64,000 nucleotides of DNA. Origin: the human T2T-CHM13v2.0 reference genome, Homo sapiens. Below the pieces are notes generated by a model. The model was not told the origin of the DNA, did no database searches, and worked only from the letters and a program-made list of their open reading frames with translations. Both the position numbers and the translations under genes were made by a program. Numbering within the stretch: position 1 is the stretch's first letter; each line of letters starts with the position of its first letter. The stretch lies in the NCBI RefSeq assembly GCF_009914755.1, contig NC_060929.1, one strand, 5' to 3'. Below, piece by piece: positions 44,651 to 64,000 of the stretch.

Positions 44651-46149
44651 CTTTGTGGTTTTATCTACTTTTGGTCTTTGATGATGGTGACGTACAGATG
44701 GGTTTTTGGTGTGGATGTCCTTTCTGTTTGTTAGTTTTCCTTCTAACAGTCAGGACCCTCAACTGCAGGTCTTTTGGAGTTTACTGGAGGTCCACTCCAG
44801 ACCCTGTTTGCCTGGGTATCACCAGCGGTGGCTGCAGAACAGCGGATATTATTGAACCGCAAATGCTGCTGCCTGATCGTTCGTCTGGAAGTTTTGTCTC
44901 AGAGGAGTACCCGGCCACATGAGGTGTCAAGTCTGCCCCTACTGGGGGGTGCCTCCCAGTTAGGCTGCTCGTGGGTCAGGGACCTACTTGAGGAGGCAGT
45001 CTGCCCGTTCTCAGATTTGAAGCTGCATGCTGGGAAAACCACTACTCTCTTCAAAGCTGTCAGACAGAGACATTTAAGTCTGCAGAGGTTATTGCTGTCT
45101 TTTGTTTGTCTGTGCCCTGCCCCCAGAGGTGGAGTCTACAGAGGCAGGCAGGCCTTCTTGAGCTGTGGTGGGCTCCACCCAGTTCGAGCTTCCAGGCTGC
45201 TTTGTTTACCTACTCAAGCCTGAGCAATGGCGGGCACCCCTCCCCCAGCCTCGCTGCTACTTTGCAGTTTGATCTCAGACTGCTGTGCTAGCAATGAGCG
45301 AGGCTCCGTGAGGGTAGGACCCTCTGAGCCATGTGTGGGATATAATCTCCTGGTGTGCCGTTTGTGAAGCCCGTTGGAAAAGCACAGCATTAGGGTGGGA
45401 GTTACCCGATTTTCCAGGTGCTGTCTGTCACCCTTTTCTTTGACTAGGAAAGGGAATTCCCTGACCCCTTGCACTTCCGGGGTGAGGCGATGCCTCGCCC
45501 TGCTTCCGCTCACGCACAGTGCGCTGCACCCACTGTCCGGCACTCCCCAGTGAGATGAACCCGGTATCTCAGTTGGAAATGCAGAAATCACCCATCTTCT
45601 GCGTCGCTCACGCTGGGAGTTGCAGACTGGAGCTGTTCCTATTTGGCCATCTTGGCTCCACCCCCTTCATGAACATTTTTTAAAAAGTTATTATTTAGTA
45701 ACTGTGTTATATATGAACAAGTAATCACCACCAGTTTGTAAAAGACAACCACAGTTATTTTTGTACTGGCCAGTAGGCACCTCTTGTTAACACCAGCACA
45801 TGGCAGTCCTGTGGTCTGATTCATCCCAAACCCTTCGTAGCATGTCATCAGTGATAGCTGGAGTGATAGCCATGATGAATGCCATCAGTTCCTCAAGTCT
45901 ACATGGCGGTCCCAACTCTAGTTTTGTATTGTTTTGTTTATATAGCCTCACTAGAAATATAATGGCCTGATAGATGGGAATCTAGGCGGCTAGTGTTTCG
46001 TAGGCAGTTCAGAGTTTTGAGCAGAATGCCTGTCTACTACCATGATAGGTATTCATTAAAGAATCTCTGCAACTGTGATAGAAATGAGGTAGAGCCCCAT
46101 CCTGTTGGCAAATGAAGTTGTAGAGTTGTTGAGACTTCATTTTCTAAGC

Positions 46150-46350
46150 AATATATGTTTACTCATTTAATCCTCACATAAATCTTTGAGAAAATACTAC
46201 CATAAGCTCCATTTTGTAGAGCAGCAAACTAGAACATACAAAGATTAAGTAACTTGCCCAAGATCCTAGAGATACTGAGCGGAGGGATCCAGAATTCAAA
46301 CTTAGGCTGTGTAGTTTCAGAGTCTTACGTTCTAAACCAGTACACCATAC
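46150..46350 (-). mobile_element. MIR
   Basis: CTCATTTAATCCTCACA and TTAAGTAACTTGCCCAAGATC. Confidence 0.8.
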
Positions 46351-46527
46351 TGCCGATCCAAATATGTACCTACATACCAGTGTGCAGTATGAACATATAA
46401 TATCCATGTGGTACAGGAATCTCAAGCCAAGGAATTAAATTAAAATGTACACTGCAACTTGTGAGCCTGACCTTGTGAATTTCGAAGCAGTAGCAAATGT
46501 GAACTGCTCTTTAAGAATGCTTGTTCA

Positions 46528-46844
<317 letters not shown>

Positions 46845-46849
46845 TCAAA

Positions 46850-49560
<2,711 letters not shown>

Positions 49561-49562
49561 AC

Positions 49563-50586
<1,024 letters not shown>

Positions 50587-50990
50587 TAACAGTAAAGATT
50601 TGCTTAAATGTAAGAAGGCATTTTACAGGATGGTTTTATTCAGAAAACTGTACGTAGTAGGACAGAATTTTAGTATGCATTGCTTGATAAACAGTGTATA
50701 ATGGTCCCACCCACCGAGAAGAGTAACATAGAAATAGATGGGAGGAAAAAGACAGTATATACAAGTTTGCCTATATTGGTTTGAGGTGCCAGGAGACTGC
50801 AAGAGATGCTTATTAGCAGGTGGATATAAATGTCTAGTAGACTCAAGAGAGAAGTCAGAATGAAAATACACATTTCAGTCCATCATCTATAATACACTGA
50901 AAACCTGCTGTGTTTGTGTCACAGCATCATTATTTCTAACTCTAGGGAGCTAAGGAAGAGTTTAGGGAATATGGATAAAGAGATGGAAAA

Positions 50991-51290
50991 GGCCCAGGCA
51001 CGGTGGCTCATGCCTGTAATTCCAGCACCGTGGGAGGCCAGGGCAGGCGGATCTCCTGAGGTCAGGAGTTCAAGACCAGCCTGACCAACATGGAGAAACC
51101 CCATCTCTACTAAAAATACAAAATTAGCCAGGTGTGGTGGTGCATGCCTATAATCCTAGCTACTCAGGAAGGCTGAGGCAGGAGAATTGCTGGAACCCAG
51201 GAGGCGGAGGTTGTGGTGAGCTGAGATCGCACCATTGCATTCCAGCCTGGGCAACAAGAGCTAAACTCTGTCTCAAAAAAAAAAAAAAGA
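50991..51290 (+). mobile_element. AluSp-like followed by GA-rich low-complexity sequence
   Basis: CTGACCAACATGGAGAAACCCC diagnostic; TSD AGAGATGGAA. Confidence 0.92.
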
Positions 51291-52599
51291 GAGAGAGAGA
51301 TGGAAGAGGCAGAGAGAGAAATAAAGAAGAAGAGTGGGAGGAGAAAGAGGAAGATTATTAAAGAGAGGGAAAGATGAACATGGCAGTTACTCTTACACAA
51401 GTGGGAGAAGAAATGTGGATATTAAAGAATGGAAGAGTAGTTTTCAACATATTTTACTTTCCTCTTTATATTGCACACTCTTTCATGTTTGAGCCAATAT
51501 AATATTCTCTCTTATGTCCCCTACCATAATAATGGATACATTTTTTATGTTAAATACTTCAGATTTAAGTGGGAAAAGGAAGATGTTAGAAAAAGCCTGA
51601 GTAGGTTGATGTCAAGATGGCTGAGTAGGAACAGCTCCAGTCTGCAGCTCCCAGCATGAGCGACGCAGAAGAAGGGTGATTTCTGCATTTCCAACTGAGG
51701 TACCGGGTTCATCTCACTGGGGCTTGTCAGACAGTGGGTGCAGCCCACGGAGCAGGGCGGGGCATCGCCTCACCTGGGAAGCGCAGGGGATCGGGGAATT
51801 CCCTTTCCTAGCAAAGGGAAGCCGTGACAGATGGTACCTGGAAAATTGGGACACTCCCACCCTAATACTGCGCTTTCCAACAGCCTTAGCAAAAGGCACA
51901 CCAGGAGATTATATCCTGCGCCTGACTAAGAGGGTCCCATGCCCACGGAGCCTCGCTCACTGCTAGAACAGCAGTCTGAGATCGAACTGCAAGGTGGCAG
52001 CAAGGCTGGGGGAGTGGCATCCACCATTGTTGAGGCTTGAGTAGGTAAAAAGAGCGGCCAGGAAGCTCGAACTGGGTGGAGCCCACCACAGCTCAAGGAG
52101 GCCTGCCTGCCTCTGTAGACTCCACCTATGGGGGCAGGGCATAGCTGAACAAAAGGCAGCAGAAACTTCTGCACACTTAAACGTCCCTGTCTGACAGCTC
52201 TGAAGAGAGTAGTGGTTCTCCCAGCACGGAGTTTCAGATCTGAGAATGGACAGAATGCCTCCTCAAGTGGGTCCCTGACCCCCGAGTAGCCTAACTGGGA
52301 GACACATCCCAGTAGGGGCTGACTGACACCTCATACAGCCAGGTGCCCCTCTGAGACAAAGCTTCCAGAAGAAGGATCAGACAGCAACATTTGCCATTAT
52401 GCAATATTTGCTGTTCTGCAGCCTCTGCTGGTGATAACCAGGCAAACGATCTGGAGTGGACCTCCAGCAAACTCCAACAGACCTGCAGCTGAGGGTCCTG
52501 ACTGTTAGAAGGAAAACTAACAAACAGAAAGGACATCCACACCAAAACCCCATCTGTACGTCACCATATCAAAGACCAAAGGTAGATAAAACCACAAAT

Positions 52600-53622
52600 A
52601 TGGGGAGAAACTAGAGCAGAAAATCTGAAAATTCTAAAAATCAGAGCACCTCTTCTCTTCCAAAGGAATGCAACTCCTTGCCAGCAACGGAACAAAGCTG
52701 GACAGAGAATGACTTTGGCAAGTTGAGAGAAGAAGGCTTCAGATGATCGGTAATAATAAACTTCTCCGAGCTAAAGGAGAATGTTCGAACCTATCGCAAA
52801 GAAGCTAAAAACCTTGAAAAAAGATGAGACGAATGGCTAACTAGAAAAACAGTGTAGAGAAGTCCTTACATGACCTGATGGAGCTGAAAACCATGGCACA
52901 AGAACTACGTGACTCATGCACAAGCTTCAGTAGCTGATTTTATCAAGTAGAAGAAAGGGTATCAGTGATTGAAGATCAAATGAATGAAATGAAGTGAGAA
53001 GTTTAGAGAAAAAAGGGTAAAAAGAAATGAACAAAGCCTCCAAGAAATATGGGTCTATGTGAAAAGACCAAATCTACATCTGATTGGTGTACCTGAAAGT
53101 GACGGGGAGAATGGAACCAAGCTGGAAAACACTCTGCAGGGTATTATTCAGGAGAACTTCCCCAACCTAGCAAGGCAGGCCAACATTCAAATTCAGGAAA
53201 TACAGAGAATGCCACAAAGATACTCCTCAAGAAGAGCATCTCCAAGACACATAATTGTCAGATTCACCAAGGTTGAAATGAAGGAAAAAATGTTAAGGGC
53301 AGCCAGAGAGAAAGGTCGGGTTACCCACAAAGGGAAGCCCATCAGACTAACAGCAGATCTCTTGGCAGAAACTCTATAAGCCAGAAGAGAGTGGGGGCCA
53401 ATATTCAACATTCTTAAAGAAAAGAATTTTCAACCCAGAATTTCATATCCAGCCAAACTAAGCTTCATAAGTGAAGGAGAAATAAAATCCTTTACAGACA
53501 AGCAAATGCTGAGAGATTTTGTCACCACCAGGCCTCCCTTACAAGAGCTCCTGAAGGAAGCACTCAACATGGAAAGGAGCAACTGGTACCACCAGCCACT
53601 GCAAAAACATGCCAAATTATAA
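52600..53622 (+). pseudogene. L1-C ORF1, disrupted
   Basis: Multiple stops, including TAA at 53377-53379 after LAETL. Confidence 0.95.
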
Positions 53623-53685
53623 AGACTATCAATGCTAGGAAGAAACTGCATCAACTAACGAGCAAAATAACCAGCTAACATCATA

Positions 53686-56850
<3,165 letters not shown>

Positions 56851-57061
56851 ACAATGAGAACACTTGGACACAGGGGAACATCACACACTGGGGCCTGTTG
56901 TGGGGTGGGGGGAGGGAGAAGGGATAGCATTAGGAGATATACCTAATGTAAATGATGAGTTAACGAGTGCAGCACACCAACATGGCACATGTATACATAT
57001 GTAAGAAACCTGCACGTTGTGCTCATGTACACTAGTACTTAAAGTATAATAATAATAAAAA

Positions 57062-57910
57062 TTTCTAGTCAACAGCATGCTGTTAGTACTTAAACTTTTC
57101 GAGAATCAACAGTTATATATTGGTTTTCGACTGTGCAGGGAATTGGTGCCCCTAACTGCCATGTCGTTCAAGGGTCAACTGTATATGAGTATGTGTTTTG
57201 AGCATGATCCAAAGTAGGCAAAATCCATTGGGAACAACCCATTGTAATGAAGTCACATGATGGAAATTTTATGCAGGTATTAAAATAATGAATATGAAGA
57301 CTAAGGGAAAAATGTACATAGTGTTAAATAGAGCAGGAGATAAAATTAGGAATAATTCAAATGCATATGCAGTTATTTTTAAGGTATGTGCACAAAAGGA
57401 CAAATAAAAAATTTAATATACTATTATTCTAGGAAGGTAGGGTTAATGGGTGATTTTCTTAATCTTTTTGCTTTTTTCTAAATGTTTAATGAAACTTGTA
57501 TAATAAATAGAATTTGTGAAAACAAAAAACTTGATTTAGAACTAATCAAGAATAAGGAGAACATAAATTATTTGTAGAATATCCTGATTAATGTCAACAT
57601 CATAGATTACAGAGTAATTGAGTTTAAAGTAGATATATTTAAAAAAATCAAATATATTTGTTTAATGTGTACAAGGGCCTTGTGGTAAATCAACTTGACC
57701 TAAGATACATTTCCTTCTATGTAGCAAATGAGCAATAATTTGGTAATTTTAAACATTTCAACAAGAAACGTATAATTTAGACATTTTTAAAAAAAGATTA
57801 AAATAGCCTTCCTACTCGCTCATGTATACAATTAAATTCCTTGGCAGTTTCTGTGGTATAATTCATAATGATTTTCATATATTATTAAATTTATAAAAAT
57901 ACAAAAAAAA
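57062..57910 (+). other. L1-mediated 3' transduction with its own poly(A) site
   Basis: Lies between the L1-C tail and the second TSD copy AGAAAAAGCCTGAGTA (57911-57926, identical to 51588-51603); ATTAAA at 57884-57889; A-run from 57903. Confidence 0.9.
57066..57181 (+). mobile_element. Tigger2/MER28-like terminal fragment inside the transduction
   Basis: GTGCCCCTAAC, GTTCAAGGGTCAACTG-TA terminal inverted repeat; no partner half in the window. Confidence 0.75.
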
Positions 57911-58164
57911 AGAAAAAGCCTGAGTAAACTGTGAAATATTACCTAATCACACCCTACAAAATATTAATGTCAAAATTGAATTACAGAAGTAAAACTTAAC
58001 AGAACTATAATGGGATGATTGATTCATAATCCTGAGATAAAGAAATGTTTCTTAAGTAAGATAAAACCACTAATCTGTTATGAAAATTGACATTTGACTA
58101 CATAAGGCTTTAACGCCCTGATATGAACGGTATAAACAAAGTTAAAAGTGATACAACAAAATTT

Positions 58165-58168
<4 letters not shown>

Positions 58169-58209
<41 letters not shown>

Positions 58210-58219
58210 GTATATATAA
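58169..58219. repeat. (TG)n(TA)n microsatellite
   Basis: About 15 TG units followed by a TA run. Confidence 0.95.
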
Positions 58220-58499
58220 TTTGACTTACGTATAAATATATAATTCTTAGAATAAATGCAGTCCCAATCAGAATCACAGGAGGCTTTTTTTTGGGTAGAA
58301 ATTAACAAGCTGATTCTAAAATATGTATGAAAATGCAAAGGACCTAGAAAACTAAAAGCAATTTTGAAAAAGAGTATAATTGGAAGACAAATGACTACCT
58401 TGCTTCTAAGTCTTATTATAATGGTACTGGCATTGGATTGACAAATAGACAAGTGCAATACAATAATCAGCTTAGAAGTAGACTGAATGTTACTCAATT

Positions 58500-59114
<615 letters not shown>

Positions 59115-60536
59115 TCAGCCCTGATTTTCAATAAAGGTGCTAAATTAATCTGATAAGAAAAGGATATCTTCAGCAAATGAGCTAGAACAACTGGATATCC
59201 ATATTTTTTTAAAAAATAGCCTTTATACTGTCAAAAACTAAAATTTAATTAAAAACAGATTATAGGTATAAAAATAAAAGCTAAAAAGTCTAGAAAAAGA
59301 AACAGATTATCTTTGCAACTTTGGGATATGTGAAAGAATTTTTAGAACCCAAAAAGCACAAATCATAAGAGATAAAACTTATGCATAAGACATTATCAAA
59401 GTTAAAAACTTTAACTCTTCGAAAGATGTTGTTCGGTAGACAAAGACCAGGACAAAATATTCACTATGCATATATTGGAGAAAGGATTGACCTAGAATAT
59501 ATGAAGAACATAGTAAGATGACTGAATTTAAAAATGGGCAAAAGGTTGGAACATATTTACCCAAAGAAAATACATGAATGGCCAAGAAGCACATGAAAAG
59601 ACTTAATATCACCAGTTATCAGAAAAGTGCAAATTTAAACCACAGCAAGATACTACTGTACACCCACTAGGATGACTAGAATTAAAAAGATTGATAGTAC
59701 AAAGAGTTGGTAGGATAAGGAATAACTGGAACTCTCAATGCAAAGTGGTAAAACTGGTTTAGAAAACTGGTGGGTAGTTTCTTAATAAAGTTAAAATCAT
59801 ACTTAGTATATAACAGCTTTATTTTTAATAGCCAAAAAGCTGGAAAAACATTAATATCCATCAAAAGATGGGTGGGTAAACAGATTGTATAATATCCATA
59901 TAATGGAAATCTACTTAGCAATAAAAAATAATTTACTAATAGAGACAACATAGGTAAATCTTAAAAACATGCTGAATGAAAGAAGCCAGATGTGAAAAAG
60001 AGTGCATGCTGTATAATTATATTTACATGAAACTATAGGAAAGTCTAATCTGTAATCAGTCATTTTAAATATAAGGAAAAAATTAACCCTCATATTTTGA
60101 TAATTATATGTGCATCCCTACCTCAGTCTTTTATAACTGAGTTCAGGGAACAATGGTTTGGACTTCGATTAACCACAGAGAAGTAGCTGTGTGATAAATA
60201 CATAGTTTGAAAGATCATCTTAAAATAAGTTAATTTTTTTCAAAACGGTGTTGTACCACACGTGAGTATCAACTGTTTCAGCTAGTTTGAGACGGATTTA
60301 GTGCTGCTACAGCTATGAATAAGGTTTATTGATATTTATATTTGGTCATTGATTAATGTTTGCATTTCTGACAGAAACCTCTTTGGCATCTGATGGAACT
60401 TCAGACCCCCTTCCCCAGTAATTTTACCAGTTCTTCCAAAGTTTCTAGCAAGGGTGTTCACTCGTACTTAATTCTGTGTTTTGCATTTCCACTTCTGATC
60501 TTCCTCAATTCATTATTATCAACTGCTCATTGTTAG

Positions 60537-61822
<1,286 letters not shown>

Positions 61823-62326
61823 TGCATAGTGGATACATGTATTATTTAACAAATAATTATAAAGCAAATACCTGTGTAGCTACCACCCAGGTCAAGAAGT
61901 GGAACACTGTCAGCATTCCAGGAGCCCATAAGCACCTCTTCCTATTTGTAATCCTTGCCCTCAGGCCTAGAGGTAACCATTCTCCTGACTTTAATTATAA
62001 GTTTCCTTGCTTTAATTTTATATGTATGTATGCATCTCTAAACAAAATAGTTTAAATTGTTTTTGAAATTCACAGAAATCATTGCATGTATATTGTGTCA
62101 TGTTTCTTATCTCGCCATGTGAGAATCATCTGTGTTGCCTGAAGCTGTCATTCATTTTGTTTTGTGTAAAACCATAATTCACCTTTTTTCATTTTCTTCA
62201 TTTTTTTCTAGATAGATTTTAGGCTGTTTCTTCAAAGTTTGCAGCAAATTACCTGTTTTTGCTATAGCAGAATAATGCTATTTTGCCATTTTAATTCTCG
62301 TAACAAAAAAGCATCTTATATCAATA

Positions 62327-62725
62327 CAAGGTGAGCATCCAAATCCAAAAATCTGAAATCTGAAATGCTCCAAAGTCCAAAACGTAAAAAAAAATTTAAA
62401 ATTTAAATTAAATTAAATTGTTTTGTAGAGATGAGGTCTTGCTATGTTGCCTAGGCTAGTCTCGAACTCTTGGCTTCACACAATCCTCATGCTTCAGCTG
62501 CGCCAAATGTTGGGACTACAGGTGTGAGCCACTGTGCCCAGCCAGAATTTTTTGAATACTGACATGGTCCAAGGAAATGTTCACTGGAGCATTTTGGATT
62601 TCAAATTTTTCAGATTTAGGGTGTTCAGTAGGATAAGTATAAAGCAAGTATTTCAAACTACAAGAAAATCTGAAATCTACATTACTTCTGGTCCCAAGCA
62701 TTTAGGAAAAGGGATATTCAACCTG
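62327..62725 (-). mobile_element. Tigger4a/MER46A-like element interrupted by a FLAM (~62396-62543)
   Basis: TA-CAAGGTGAGCATCC...GGGATATTCAACCTG-TA; AAATCTGAAATCTGAAATGCTCC. Confidence 0.85.
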
Positions 62726-62826
62726 TATGCTCTTTATAATATATACTGTACTTTCATATATATTAGCTAACTTAATCCTCATTTCAGACCTGTGAAATGG
62801 CAATGCAGTATTTCATTTTATAACTA

Positions 62827-63103
<277 letters not shown>

Positions 63104-64000
63104 GAGTGATAGAGCTTGTCACTTGCCTGAACTAACATTTCTAAAAAATTAGTGCTATAACTGTCACAGATCTTTTATTTCAAAGTCCAAATTCTGAATT
63201 TTTTAAGTTTCACACAAACTGAGCGTACTTAATACCTGAACTGAGTTAAGATATTTTAGATTAAAAAAAAAAACCTAGTTACCTGACATGCCCCACTGTC
63301 TAGTTTTTCACATCAAAACATTATTATTTTTCTTTGGAAGTTGACCTAAAAAGCATTTGTATTAAATTGCGGGTAGGATGTTGGAGTTTAACTTCATTAA
63401 GTTGTCAGCAGCAAAACTTCATGCAGGTAGGAGGCTGGTATCTGTAGCATTTGATTTAGGTGGCAAAAAGGAGGAGGGGAACTGATAGTGGATAATATTT
63501 TGAGTACAGAATACTATTGCACTTTTCTACTCATGTCAGTCTCATTTGTAAGCAAATTTAAGGAAGCTCACTAGCTAAGTCGCCTTGGATAAGCTATTTA
63601 ATGACCAAGTTCCATGATGTTCTCTTTAAAAGTCCCTTCCCTTTCTAAAATCTTATGTCTTATGAATCTATGAGGTTGTTAAAATACTCTCTTGTGCTGT
63701 AGACCAGTCTGACCCCTTAGTTATGTGTGGAATTTGCTGAGCTGTATTTAAAGCCAAGTTTATATGTTGATGTTATTGTAAAATGACTCTCCTTCTGTTA
63801 TCTAAAGATTTCAAAAAGTATAGGTTTTTAAAATGGTCATGTTTTAAGCAGCTTTCAGCTCAAGAAGTGAAAGTAACTATTAGTATAGTTATTAGTGGCA
63901 GTGTTGAAGTTTCTTGTGAAGAATTCAATACTTCCTTGAAGGTGTTTATATGTAAATATGTTTTACATATATATACTTTAGAAACCTGTTCTAAAAAAAG

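Noticed and set aside
45872-45970. Possible C/D-box snoRNA (ATGATGA ... CTGA)
   Set aside because: No terminal stem and no recognisable guide sequence; such short motifs are expected by chance.

Overview
Primate genomic DNA, most likely human or great ape: AluY elements are present, and one L1PA lacks the ~129-bp ZNF93-site segment. The window looks like one long intron or an intergenic stretch. I found no convincing host exon, RNA gene, CpG island or novel gene system. It is dominated by repeats: about 45 Alu/FLAM copies, MaLR and ERV1 LTRs, Tigger and hAT DNA-transposon relics, L2/MIR and old L1M fragments, and three near-full-length dead L1PA elements of different ages. These are L1-A (14648-20557, -, L1PA2/3-like), L1-B (39524-45665, -, L1PA4-like) and L1-C (51604-57061, +, L1PA5/6-like). 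The most interesting signals all involve these L1s. (1) L1-C carries an ~850-bp 3' transduction, defined by a perfect 16-bp target-site duplication (TSD) and a second poly(A) site. (2) The three L1s share patches of apparently private mutations, and L1-B and L1-C share the same ORF1 nonsense codon and two ORF2 frameshifts. This points to repeated ectopic gene conversion with L1-B as hub, or to local mis-assembly. (3) L1-A and an AluY sit inside a single TSD. (4) Internal deletions in L1-A and L1-C break at nearly the same L1 position. Subfamily names and consensus comparisons come from recalled consensus sequences, not from a database run.
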